Positions 35,722 through 48,135 of a DNA stretch of 64,000 nt are shown piece after piece. The stretch is from positions 11,160,001 to 11,224,000 of the forward strand of contig OZ004610.1 of assembly GCA_963924565.1 (NCBI GenBank). Direction: 5' to 3'. Position numbers and translations under genes: made by a program. Position 1 is the stretch's first letter. Each line of letters starts with the position of its first letter. The DNA comes from Ascidiella aspersa (taxonomy: Eukaryota). The notes beneath the pieces are model-generated. The model was not told where the DNA came from. It saw nothing but the letters and a program-made list of their open reading frames with translations, and searched no databases.

Positions 35722-36306
35722 AAGGGGTGGGCAACCTTTTTCTAGGGTTGAATAACAAACTAATATGGGCCTTAGCGCGCTGTAATAAATCTTGATTTAT
35801 TATACAGCCCGAACAATTATGTTTCTAAAACTGGTAGTTTTTTTATTATTCCAGCTACTAATTAGGGGATATACTAGGATTAGGGTAAATTACTTAAAAT
35901 GTTCGACCAAAGCGCAACAAAAATTTAAATAGTTTTATTTAAAACTTGAGTCAACATCCATGGTCACAATAAAAAGGTGTAATGAAAATACTTTAAAAAT
36001 GCGATAAATTTAATCGTTAATTGATAAGTGTGCGATAGAATTTGAATAGAGGCGTAGTTAAATACACAATAAATTCCTGCAGACCGTAATAAAAAGTATA
36101 CACTTTTAGTTTGGCGAACCAGTTCATTGTTTATAGTTCTAAGCTACGCTTGTCAACTTTAGGCTAAAAAAACTTTTTCTTAAAATCAAATTTTGCAAGA
36201 AACAAAAAAAGTTATATTTATGTAACTAAATCAACCCAAAAAAATGTAAGAATCGGCTTCCTGCCCAGTTTGTTAAAGAGGTGGCGGGCCGTAGGTTGCC
36301 TATACT
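35722..36306. mobile_element. Degenerate hAT-like MITE (AGGGGTGGGCAAC family)
   Basis: Left end aggggtgggcaacctttt; right end ggcgggccgtaggttgcc (degenerate). Confidence 0.45.
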
Positions 36307-37512
36307 TCGTAGTTCTGCGTTAAAACGTGTCGCACGTTCAACATTTATATTTTATGCGGAGCACAATAACGTGTCACTCTGTAGTTAATAAACTAACATT
36401 ACTACAGGATATGCGTATTAACACGCTATGACTTTCTCTATTTTTGCTTCAAGCAGTCAAAGCGTAGGCCTACACAGAGTTAGTCATTTAGGAATAGTAA
36501 CAATCAAAACAGTAATGTCGGAGACCGTTCAACCCCAACGTAGCTGATAGGTGTTAGTTCGTGCTTGTAGGCTATTGTGTTTTAAGTCAGGCGAAGGTTA
36601 GGGATTTTCAGTCAATTAGTCAAAGTGCTGAACAAAATAGGGCATACCCATCTAAAAAACTATGTTTTGTTATCTACAATTTGGTTTTTTGTGATGAGGT
36701 GCTGTACTCGGCTACCGGTAATGATTTATTGTTTTTATGGCAGTGTTTCCTAACATTGGGTTTACAAATACCTGAGAGTTCACAAGAAGATATCCAGGGA
36801 CGGCAGTTGGATTTTAATATAGTATTACTACTTTATTTGATGTCAACATAGTGAAGAAGGTGTAGTACTTTTGTAATCAGCAGGGGCTATACTTATCAGG
36901 GAAGATGTTGGGATTATATAAAAATATTTTAGGTAGTTTCTGGGATAGTACCGTACTAAAAGAAACAGAATACAAAATAATAACTCGGAGGCAAATGGTG
37001 CAGTCAAAAAAGGTACCGGTATGAGTTATTACCATTTTTATAAGGAGCCACTATTTTTTGTTGTATAGGTTTTAGAAGTTTTTAACCAGCATAATTTTAA
37101 TATACCGTAGTTGGCTTGAGAAGTTTCGATAGCCCTACATGACATAAAGCATTGCTGGGCACCGTTCGTATAAAAAATAATATGCTCATACGGACACAAT
37201 TTTTGTCCAATAATTAGCTAAAATCGGAGTGTTATTTTGTCTTAAGTTAAATAAGACAACAGTTAAATCGAACAAATTAACTGACAAAATTATTTTCCGA
37301 TTTAAGCTAAATCGGACAAGATCTTAATCGGAATTTTTTTAATTTCAGGGATTTTGATTCAGGTTAAATCAGAAAATGATATTTCCCTTAAAAAACTTCA
37401 ACGCCGGTTTATAGGGCGTATCAAAATTAGCCCAATTTAATTTCTGCCTTTAGTTGAAACTTGTTTGTGTTTAAGCGTGTGTTCCTTGTTTAATTGAAGA
37501 TTGGTTTTATTA

Positions 37513-38103
37513 CAGGGAGTCGAACCGTTTGACTTTTCAGGTTCGGTTCGGGTTCAAGGATTTTTTTGGAATCCGGTTCAGTTCCGGTTTCGGTTTCAAA
37601 CAATTTAAAAGTTCCGGTTCAGTTCCGGATTGACCATTGTTATTTCAAAACCGGTTCATAATGTTCCGGTTCGGATACCATATAAGTTGCGTTAAATCTA
37701 AAAATGTGGGTGAATAAATGTATAGAAAATAATCTTTGAATTGTGTGTCGTTTAAGCTAAGTTACGTGACGTGTTAAAAAAACAGCAACTCATTATTGAA
37801 ATATCTAAAAACTAAAAATAAACTTTTTCTTTAATCAATATTCAAATTTTTTACATAAAATTTCGAACATGGCGTAACTTAACTCTGTAAATTACACGTT
37901 GTGACGTCATGGTGGAGTGAACCGCTTTTGTTTACAGGTTCGGGTTCGGTTAAGGTTCAAGGTCTTTTAAATCATTCGGTTCAGTTTCTGTTCGGCTCCT
38001 TAAAATCTTACAAAAAACGGTGCAGGTTTGGTTACGGTTCGGAAAAAAATGACCCAAAACCGGTTCATAAAGTTCCGGTTCGGTTCCGGTTCGACTCCAG
38101 CTG
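37513..38103. mobile_element. hAT-like non-autonomous element with CCGGTTC/GAACCG subterminal repeats
   Basis: TIR CAGGGAGTCGAACCG / CGGTTCGACTCC(AG)CTG; TSD ttttatta / ctttatta; many ccggttc copies. Confidence 0.8.
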
Positions 38104-38984
38104 CTTTATTACGCAAAATTTTAGCAATCTGACTTTTGTTTAAGCTGCTAAAAATGGCCTTCTGTTATTCGTCCTGGAGGCCCTATTATTTTTGATAAAT
38201 AGTGTTCGTATAACGTCGCACACTTCAGTTGAACTCCTTTTAACAGTAAGAAACGTTGCGATATTTTTCAATAGCCTATATTGCACTATAGGTTTTTTTG
38301 GTCTGCTTTTACTGGCTACAGGTTTGGAGTTTAGTTGCAATCAGTGTTTTTTTTATTTGCAAATTCCTCGAAAAAAGCCATATATGTTACTTATTAGTTT
38401 GGAAATAACTATATGAGGTTCACTCCCAAACGCCCCTGCCTTCTTTCCTAAGTCTTTATGGCAGCGGTGAATGTAAAATAATTTTCTAGCCGAAAGTCGA
38501 AAATTATTTTTATCGAAACGCAAGAATACTGCCAGAGATGGCGTCACAAAGTTATGTCGTAACAGGTTGTCTAAAACAAGTAACCTTGCGACACCAGAGG
38601 TTATTGTTTGATGTGGTGCACAAATATGCAAAGTTCTGATGGCTTAATTACCGGTACTTTAAATTCATTCGAGGAGAAGACGTGATGGCATTGTAAAAAT
38701 AGCATTTATTTACGGGTCACTGCTTAGCCTACCTTCAAAAATTATTTTACGGGAAAGCCGTTGCGACAACAATAAAGCATTTTACCGGGACTCTGGACAG
38801 TCCTTACTTCTACCACTGCTTGATGGTGTAGCGACGATCATCGAACTTCGACCCACTGGCGAGATGCGGCCTAGCCCTAGCTACGCTTTAATTTTTCCAG
38901 CCTGTGGCCTGTGGCATATTGTTTTGTGGTTCTTCGTTGATCCTTTTGCTACGTTTTTTTGCATTTGTAGCAACAAAAACTAAA

Positions 38985-39330
38985 AAAACGGTTTGGGGTC
39001 ATTTTTTTAACCGTTACCGAACCTAAATTGTTTTTTGTAACATTTTAAGCCGAACCGAAACTGACGCAAACATTTTAAAAGAACCTGAACCTTAACCGAA
39101 GCCGAACCTGTCAAAAAAGTGGTTCACTCCAGCATGACGTCACAACTCATGTTTCACATAGTCAAGTAATTCGATGTTCGAAATTTTATGAAGAACGTGA
39201 ATATTTTTTGAATAAAACATTGCTTTTTATTTTTTTAGATACCGGTACCTACTTTTGAGCTGCTTATTTTCAATGCGTCACGAAACTTAGATTTAATACG
39301 AGTTCCAACTTCCAATTCAATAAAATAGGC
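38985..39330 (-). mobile_element. Inverted, truncated second copy of the 37513-38103 element
   Basis: gaacctgaaccttaaccgaagccgaacctgtcaaaaaagtggttcactccagcatgacgtcacaac is a diverged reverse complement of ~37898-37962, and similarity extends to both sides. Confidence 0.7.
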
Positions 39331-39728
39331 CTATTCTACATTTAATGATCCAATATGCAAAAATCTAAAACTGACACTTTTTGTTTTTTTTACGAAAATT
39401 CTGTGAAGTTACAACCTAGGTATTAAAATTTGGTAACTTGCGGCCAAATTTAGCATAAATCGTGACGTGTTACATTACGCGGTGTTTGAAAACTTGGTGA
39501 AATCAACTCAGCGGAACCGAAACTAAATTTTGTTACGTGGGAAAACTGGAACAAGTATAGTTCAAGGTTTTATTTGCTTTTAAAAGATTACCACTGACTT
39601 AAGGACAAAACACACTGTGGAGAAGTTTAAAAGAACTTGGTTAATTATATATTTTATTTCGTTGTACAGTTGTTTAGATTTTAGTGCAATTCTGACATAT
39701 TTATTTAAGTTTAGTTTTATCAGCAAAA

Positions 39729-42700
39729 ATGGCTTCAATGAAATCCAAAGCCAATGAAAAAATGTACTCGGTTAATGAAAGGATCTTACGTGAATGCCAC
39801 GAACTTTACACTGAAGATAAAAAAGGTAAAAGCTTTAACACATTAACTTGTTAAAAAGCTATAGTTATATTAAAAAGCTACAGTTATGTCATCGTCATAT
39901 TTATTCTTTCCCTATTAATACTTATGTATTTTAGGTCTAATTTCAATTGCTGAAGATATTGACATTCATCTGCTTGCTCCAAGAAAAAAAATAACAGTAT
40001 TGTTGATCGGCAATCATTCTGCAGGAAAAAGTACATTTATTAACTGGTATGTTTTCAAATTATACTCCTAAGGTAAATAGAATTGTTTTTAAAGCTTTTT
40101 TATGTTTTGATTCCCCAATTACAGGTATATTGAAGAACATGTTCAAAGAACAGGTGTAGCGATTGAAACTCAAGGCTTCACAATAGTAACGAGTGGAAAG
40201 AAACGCGAATCGTTAACTGTAAGTCCTGTTGTTATTCATTAAACAAAAACAAGTCTATTAAAAACATAATTTTTAATGTGTTTTTCTCGTTTAGGGTAAT
40301 GCTACAATGCATTTGTACCCTCATTTACAGCCTTTGCAAGAAATAGGCGGTAAGATTTGAGTTTTATTTAGGCCTATTAACTACTTTTTACAGTATTTAG
40401 TGCAATACCTGGTTGGAAAGTAAGGCCTGTTTGCCGCTTGACCACAGTAGCCGCGCATTTTATGTAAAATCAACATAAAATGCCGCCAGCCGCGAAAAAC
40501 CGCTTAACTGAACAAAACTAACAGATTTCAGTATAGTACTCCATTTTTAGCTGAGCAAATTTTACAAATAAAATTATTGCAGCCTCGCAAACTTGTTATT
40601 ACAGCCACGCAATTTTAAGCTGCAAAATCCAAAGTTTCCAATCTGGGTGCAATAACTAAAACGGATTTCTTGTCAGTATACTACCCTTTGAAAACTTTAT
40701 TGGAAACTTGTGTTGTTTTAATACAACTATATTCCAAATACTATTCTTTTTTAATAAATTTTGTTACATTCCATTTAGGTGTCATGGATTACATTGGAAC
40801 AGAAATCACTACTTCAAAACAGAAGAAGTTTAACCTAGTGATGTTCATTGACACACCTGGTCTTGTTGATGGTGACATGAAATATCCATTTGATGTGAAC
40901 AAGGCAATACTTTGGATCGGTGAACAGATTGCCGATTTAATATTTGTTTTTTTCGATCCCATTGGGTAAGCATTTAATTGTAATTATATTAATAAATTGA
41001 ATTTTTCATGCTATTGCAACGCTTTTTACTCCCGTCATGAATATATTAAATATTTATTCCAGTGAAAGCTTTTACACTGCTTACTACCTTGCATCATACA
41101 CCATATATGCCATATACAGTTAAAAAGTTATCTTACATTTCCATTTCTACAATTAATCTAAACCAGTATTCAAAATAAGTTAACATAATTTCTTGTGTCA
41201 CTTGAAAGTTACAGTTGTACATGTATTGTGTCAAGTATTATGTAAGCTACAAATTTTCTGCTCTTGTTTAAAAGTGTACTTGCCTGTTGTATTGCAAAAA
41301 TTCTGGCTTTCAATTGAACTATACATGGCCACATGTTTCTCCAGGCAAGCTCTCTGCAAAAGGACTCTAAATATTGTTGAACATCTAAGTGAAAACAATG
41401 CTGACATCATGAAGTTTTATCTCAGCAAAGCTGATGAAGCTGGCCAGGAAAATGACAGACAAGTAAGAAAGCTCATGCTTTATATTTTGTAGCTTAACTA
41501 ATTTGCATTTAAATCTCCTTTTTTGTAGAGAGTAATGATGCAAATTGTTCAAGAGCTCTGCAAGCGCCAAAACTTAAATAGGACAGGGTTTGACATGCCC
41601 ACTATTTATGTGCCAACAATAGGGAAGAAAAGCCCATGCACAAATCAAATTGAGGAGGTAATATCAAGTTTATTTTATTAATATGTTAAAGCATTGAGTG
41701 TTACTTACATACATACAACCTTGTTACTTCAGGTATGTAAGGAAATCGAAAAAACTATCAACTCCACTATCCAGAACACCTTGAATACTCTGGAAAAGGA
41801 CTGCACAGAAATTGCCAACAAAATAGACAAAATTATTGTTGAAGATGAGTATGTATATTTTTCATTATTGTTATAGATATACATTAAAGCAAAAATGTTA
41901 CTGTTCGCAAATTTTGTTTTTATAGCGAAGCTAGTTCCTTGAATCTGAAAGCCAGAGTGAAAGGGCTTTTCTTTGGCATCGCATCGCTTGCACTGCCGCT
42001 TGCTTTTCTAAGCAACCTTCTTGTTGACAGCATTCCAGACAAAAAAATCATTGCAGTTATTGGAGAATCTGCAACCGAAACTTTAAAGCAATACACTGTA
42101 AGTCGAATTAGCAGTCGAGTTAGACGAAAATAAAAAACAAAAGTATGTTCGGTTGCCCGTTTCAGCAAACGCTATTTGAACTGGCCCGAGATCTAAAGGT
42201 TTTGAAGTCAGGCACAATAGGTTATTTGCAAACAGATCATGTAACTGTTAAAAAGGTGATTTATTACTCAAGTGTGATAAACATATCACAATTTTAAGAA
42301 AACCTGAATCGCCTGTATTTCGACCTGGTTAACTGTAAATCGGCCTGGTTAAGTAGGTCCATCCAGGGTCTACCACTACTCGGCTGCTGATCATCCTCGA
42401 TTATCACTGCCATACAAAAAAGCCTAAGGGTTAATAACGAGCCGCAAAACGGACAAGGTTTGTAGTTGATCAAGCCAGACACGATTTAATTTTTACCAAC
42501 AGAGCCCGGTGTCGTCGGTGGTGTCGATGATCCCAGATGATTATTACTGGCACTTCGTCGCGTTTCTTTTGCTGCTTGCCATCACACTGTTCGTGAGCGC
42601 GCGTATAGTTGCCTCCTCGTTGCCCACCATGTCACGCAAGCGCAAGCGATCGCTATTGGAAGACCGAAAGTTTGTCCAGACGCACGTCAAGCAACGCAAG

Positions 42701-43100
42701 GTTTGTTAATGCCGACGACTGACTAAGTAAGACGTCAATTGGCTCGTTTGCCTTCCCTGTACCGCCAGATGGTTTTCTGTCGCATTTTTCTAGCAATCGG
42801 TAAATTTATAACAGGAGCTGACGAGGGTTTACCGAAGACACGAATTGAAAAGTCCCTGTTTGTATTCATAAGTGCCTGCCTTAGCTCACAGGTTGTGCGT
42901 ATAATAATCTTGACTCTCAATTTTGCTTTAGTTGTTTTGTTTTGCCAAATTTATCGTTAAGAGGCATTAACCATAATAACGTAAAATAAATATATGATAT
43001 ACAAGGGAAAGACTATATAATTACTGTTTTTTTTTTTTTTTTTCAGGAGGTGCTTTACAAAGAATATCTTCAACAGAGTGTAGCAGCATATGATCTGTGA
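39729..43100 (+). CDS. Uncharacterised dynamin/EHD-superfamily P-loop GTPase with two C-terminal TM helices, ~443 aa, 11 exons
   Basis: Exons 39729-39825, 39935-40046, 40125-40218, 40295-40349, 40779-40965, 41345-41462, 41529-41657, 41733-41848, 41926-42097, 42503-42700, 43047-43100; 1332 nt, in frame. G1 IGNHSAGKSTFIN, G2 ..IETQ.., G3 FIDTPG, G4 SKAD, and YPFD (EHD/sarcalumenin-like). A helical region is followed by hydrophobic GLFFGIASLALPLAFLSNLLV and WHFVAFLLLLAITLFVSARIV. Confidence 0.88.
40408..40646. mobile_element. MITE with an 8-bp TSD in intron 4 of the GTPase gene
   Basis: Imperfect TIR cctggttggaaa / tttccaatctgg. Perfect TSD gtgcaata. Repeated agccgc motifs. Confidence 0.7.
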
Positions 43101-43609
43101 TCAAATACCAACCCGTACAGTTGAGACACAAAAGTTCACCTATTTCTCCTTTTTCTATCTATATATTATTATTTTTTGTTAGGTAATTTTGACTGTGTTG
43201 CATAATTCTCTGTTGAACCCAAATTTTTATCGCCTTAAAAATGATGTTTTATCATTGCGTTACACTCGCTACTGAACCAGTGTTTTGTTACCTAATGTTT
43301 TTTTCAGCCTTATGAACCTTTAGTTTGAAGCTCTTTGTTCAAATTGACATAGCAGTTAAGCCGAGTAAAATGTGATTTTGTAGATATTTAATAGTCTCAT
43401 TTCTAGCATTCGACACTGCCGTTGTAATTTATGGTTCCCAACGGATTTCGTAGTACATTTACCGAAGCAGAATTCACTTGTGTGTCATTTTTAAGCGAAA
43501 TCTAGTTAAAGCACAGAAAGACAAACTTCCGTCGTTCAAAATTCATATCATCCAACGTATCGTGTCCTTCTCGGCATTCAGTCCCCACTGGTTATTCGGA
43601 GGTTTTCCG

Positions 43610-45848
43610 CTAATTGTCGATGTTCGCCATTGTTCGCATTCTAGCTATCGCCTCTTGGGTCTGCAAATGCAGAACCACTGCAAAACCAAGTAACACAATT
43701 ATTAATACCTTCTCTTTAATGAAGGGTTAAAAAAGCTTGACGTTTCACCAATCCATATGTTTAGTATTTAAAAAAAAATATTTTGGTACCAGCCTAAGCC
43801 AACTTACCAGCATAGATAACAACCACAACGATGACCAGAAACAGTGCGGTGGCGATGGCCAGGGTGGTCTTTAACGGCAGCCCTCTTGTGGGTCCTGAAA
43901 ACAAAGTTAAATTGCAAATGATTTATCTCTGAAACTGTTTAAAGATTTATTACGTTTATTTGTTTATATTATAAAAATACCGATTGATTGGGTTTCTTCG
44001 GATTCCGTGGTCAATAAGGGAGCGCCTTGTGAGTTTTCGCCAGCTTCTATGCTGGCCAGATTGTCCGCTTTTTCTCTTACTGAACCAAAGTCGTCCAAAA
44101 ATTTAAGTGAATTTTCTAAAATTAAAACAACACTATAATTTTCAATTTCTAAAGGTTGTAAAGCATTATTCATCCGTACTAAAAATAATTTGTCCATTGT
44201 CGGGCACTATATTTCGTGATGCCGGTTTCACACCAATTGGCAGTGATGTATTGACTTAAGTGAATGACTTAATTAAGTGAGTCAGTGATTCCAAATGACT
44301 TGGCTTGACTTAAGACTTTTGGGCAAAATGACTGTCCGTAAAATTACATGGGTCGAAAAGAAATGTTTTCATACGGCATTTTTTTGTAAAATAAGCTTAT
44401 TTATCTCCAGTTTTGCACATAACACAATTTGCATGCTACATTTCGAGTTTTGTGTTATTTTTATTAGAGTTAGTGGTCATAATCGGACAATTTTACCAAT
44501 TTCAATAGTTTAACATTTACGTTTTTACAAGGAATTGACTTGCTTTAACTATGACTTGACTTGGGTTAAAGTTGTTTCAAAAGTGACTTGAATATGACTT
44601 AGTCATTTCAAAATGATTTATTTACAACACTGCCAAAAATGTGTGATTATAAGGTCCTAAGACGATTTATTAGGGGATATCAGCAAGAACGTAATGGGTC
44701 AAAATTTATTGATTTTAAATATATAGTAAGTAGGCTACCAATTTTAAAACCATCGATCAAATATGTTTATGCGTATTATGCTTCTTTCTAATCACTTTTT
44801 CGTCTTCAAAAAGATGTTTTCTTGTACACGCACCTGTTTGACGTTCTTTGTGCAGAGTAATTACTACTTCTTCGTTTTCAGGATATTTTGGCTTTTCTTG
44901 TTCGGGTTTACCTTTTCTGGACGAGTGAAAGGATTTCAGTTCATCGGCCATAAAGTGTGTGATTAAATTCAAACTATCGTCTTTACACAGTTTCCGCTTT
45001 AAAGAGAAACTACGTGCTTCACTTTCTCGCCCTGTCGCCGTTATAACCGGTTCCTTTTCGCGGAGAGTTTGCAATTCGTTGTTTTTTATCGCTTGTAACA
45101 TTTCCTTGGTCGTCACTAGTTTGTCTGCAACTGCTGCGAAAACGTTTTTCTTACCGCTGCTGGCAGGTTTTTCTAACAGATTTTTCGGGTTTGATATTTC
45201 ATTTTTAAAACTGCTAATCGTACCCGAACTTTCAATTGTTTTGCGATTTTGAGGGTGTGCTTCATGATGGAAAACTGGTGGATTTTTTGTGCAAGTCAAC
45301 TCATTTTTGTTTTCGACCTTATTTCCACAAGTGCCCTTGCATTCTTGACAAAGGTCGTCGTCTTTTGAAGGTTGGTTTGTTAGCGTATTACCCTTTTTAA
45401 GTAAAACCTTTTTCGTGTTTTTTAAGCTCTTGGATGATCGTGCTTTAATTGGGAATTGACGCCTCTTTGAGTTCCTTGTGTTGCTGTAGACATGAATAAT
45501 GCTGTTATTGGCACAATATGACTTCCCTCTGCTGGGTTCGGGTGTGACAAATTCAACGGGTTGTATCTGTTGGAGCTCTCTGAAACTGCAAATGTCAGAG
45601 GTCTGAAAGTGTTTTCGTAGTTGAGTTCTATACTTTTCGACCAACATTTCAGATTCAGAATTGGAATCAGATTTTTCGTGCTGGGTTTCTTTAGATTTCG
45701 TCTTCCGTAAAGTATTCAATAAATTAGCATTAGCATCATGCATCGATTTTCTAACATCTTGAACAGTTGGCGGGAGAGCTTTAAAACCCCGATTTTTCTT
45801 TTTTTCCAAGACAGGTTCTTCTTTGTTACTTTTATACAGTAATTTCAT
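43610..45848 (-). CDS. Orphan tail-anchored/type II membrane protein, ~434 aa (Lys/Ser/Glu-rich N-terminal region, C-terminal TM)
   Basis: Exons (-) 45848-44834, 44115-43981, 43894-43808, 43677-43610; 1305 nt, in frame, all phase-1 GT-AG. The TM TLAIATALFLVIVVVVIYAVVL is followed by a ~19-aa tail. Unspliced read-through gives the 363-aa ORF 44757-45848. An AG acceptor 2 nt before the ATG means upstream coding exons cannot be excluded. Confidence 0.7.
44241..44632. mobile_element. Degenerate DNA-transposon MITE with GACTT repeats
   Basis: Ends cagtgatgta / tacaacactg; many gactt(g) units near both ends. Confidence 0.5.
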
Positions 45849-46575
45849 TTCTACGATGAAAAGCGTTAATCAAGTAAACTAATAGAGACAAACTCTGGCG
45901 CTAAAATCACCACAGGCTTAACTTTTCTTATCGAAATACATCTAACAGTAACACTTGCAAAAGGAAACATGGCCCTTTATTGCCTCATAATAATTACGTT
46001 TGCTGAGTAATATTACGTCAGCAAATCTTCGCGTGTCTCATTTCGTCACACTCAGTCACATTTAAAGGGTCTCGTTTAATTTAACAAGAAGTTAGCCTTG
46101 TATGAAGTATGTATATGAAATGCACGAAACAAACTTTTCCATAATTGTCGTCTTACTAAGTTGCATTGTGTTGAGCCTGCATGTATCAAACTTTTATTAA
46201 CGTGAAAAGTTTTTCCGAATTTTTTTTTATCTATATACAATTACATTTTTAAAGGGAAGAGGCTATATTGTGAACCCCTACACCAAAGTAGTTCAAATCT
46301 GCAAACAATCGCAAACAGGTACAAGCGTAAAAAAGCAATCCAGTTAAATAGTTTATAGGCACCTCGTGATGCTATTTGCCCAGCAAAAATCGATTTCAGA
46401 AAAAAAAATCATTGAAATTATACAAAACTCTTAAATTAAATCTAATACTACCAACACGTAAACTCTAACCCCATCACATACCCAGATCACTGCTAAATTA
46501 CTTATTGGTGCAAGCATAAAAAAGCCATCCGGATTCTTTTTAAATCAACAGTCAAAATAATACCTTAAAAAAATG

Positions 46576-46803
46576 GGCGCTCTTTTACTTATGTACGTGA
46601 AAAGTTATGCAAAACACAAAACAAAATAATACCGCATACCACAACGCATATTCTTTGGGTTAGGGTGCGGGTTAGCGTGAGGGTGGGTCAAGTGTTATAA
46701 TTATATTATTTTTAAAATATTTATGCATTCCATGCAATTTCAACTTTGACAACTCATTTCGTTAGTGTTCAAAATGAATGTGGTAGGATTCTAGACCAGC
46801 GCC
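46576..46803. mobile_element. Merlin-like MITE, copy 4 (left arm decayed); a partial copy 5 starts at ~46855
   Basis: The right TIR tgtggtaggattctagaccagcgcc is intact; internal tttgggttagggtgcgggttagcg; flanks aaaaaatg / attaaatg. ggcactggtatagaatcttacc occurs at 46855. Confidence 0.65.
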
Positions 46804-47337
46804 ATTAAATGGTTTAAAAGGATATCATTGGTAATACTTAATAAGGCTACACTGGGCACTGGTATAGAATCTTACCTTTTTTTTAAGTAACAAAACAAGT
46901 TGTCAAAAATTTAGAACCAATAAATATGGGGTAATATAATAATAAATAATATTACTTGATCCACGCTAGCGGCCTAACCCAATTTTATTCCATGCCAAAG
47001 ATCTTCTGCGGAAGGGCAGTTTCCCATGTATAATCAATAATGGGTGATTGTGTACGCAAGTGTCCAAGCAGATAACTACTACAAAAGCATACTGATTTAT
47101 AGGTTAGCAAAAATCCATTTCAACTATCTGATTTATGATTGGTGTATCCACATTACAATCTAAACTGCTGATATCGCAAACATACTTATTGCTGACCAAA
47201 TTACAAGGTTTAGGCACTACAATATCACATACAATTGCAAGACCAGGTAAACGGATTAATATAATAAAATATGGACTTATACTTAATAAACTTTATTTGC
47301 TCTTTTATTCAATTTTATTTTTTGTTATTCAGGCAAA

Positions 47338-48135
47338 ATGATGGCCACAATAGCATCTAACAACAAGGAGATTTCATCTACAAAGGAAACAAAGTTCTTC
47401 AAACTGAGTGCAGATCATGACAATTCCAACACAATAGAGCAGCTGGTTGCTATCCTTCACCGGGGTGGCATTGTTGGCTTGCCAACTGACACAGTTTATG
47501 GAGTTGCTTGCTTAGCACAATGTACAGAAGCCGTTGAGAAGTTGTACAGTCTGAAAGCGAGAAACACCCTGAAACCAGTTGCCATTTGTGTTGGTGAATC
47601 CTTTGACATATTCCAGTGGACCAGATTTCCTCAGGGTTTGTACACTTCAGTTATCAATAAGTTGGGCGAAGATGAAACACGACCAAGATCTCCAAGCGTT
47701 GTGCAACAACTCCTGAATGACCTCTTGCCCGGCCCAGTGACAATTGTAACTGAAAGAGGACCAGGGTTAAACACAAATCTCAATCCAAAGACATCCTTGG
47801 TTGGAGTCAGAGTGCCAGACTATGAGTTTGTTAAGAGCTTGACCAACCGTTTAAGAGAGCCACTTGCTCTCACGTCTGCCAACATCAGTGGAGAAGAGAC
47901 GTCACTTTGCACAGAAGACTTTCGTTCTCTTTGGCCCATGCTTGACGCGGTTGTTGATGGCGGAGAGGTTGGAAAGAAATATGTGGACAAGCAACTAAAA
48001 TATGCCAGAGAAGGCTCAACTGTTGTCAGGATAATGGAAGATGGCGCTTCCTTCAAAGTTTTAAGGGCTGGATGTGCTTATGAGGATACTGTGAACACAT
48101 TGCAGATGAAGTGGGGTCTCAAGCTCATGGTGTAA
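47338..48135 (+). CDS. YRDC: Threonylcarbamoyl-AMP synthase (YrdC/Sua5/TsaC), 265 aa, single coding exon
   Basis: Motifs GGIVGLPTDTVYG, KAR..KP, LLPGPVT, VGVRVPD, PLALTSANISG, VVDGG, GSTVV, LRAG. Confidence 0.93.
   Translation: MMATIASNNKEISSTKETKFFKLSADHDNSNTIEQLVAILHRGGIVGLPTDTVYGVACLAQCTEAVEKLYSLKARNTLKPVAICVGESFDIFQWTRFPQGLYTSVINKLGEDETRPRSPSVVQQLLNDLLPGPVTIVTERGPGLNTNLNPKTSLVGVRVPDYEFVKSLTNRLREPLALTSANISGEETSLCTEDFRSLWPMLDAVVDGGEVGKKYVDKQLKYAREGSTVVRIMEDGASFKVLRAGCAYEDTVNTLQMKWGLKLMV

Noticed and set aside
37513-38103. CRISPR-like array from recurring CCGGTTC units
   Set aside because: These are irregularly spaced short subterminal repeats inside a TIR/TSD-bounded transposon, in eukaryotic context with no cas genes.
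42814-42860. CTGACGA-GGGTTTACC-GAAG hammerhead-like core
   Set aside because: GAAA is replaced by GAAG, and stems I and III cannot be formed.
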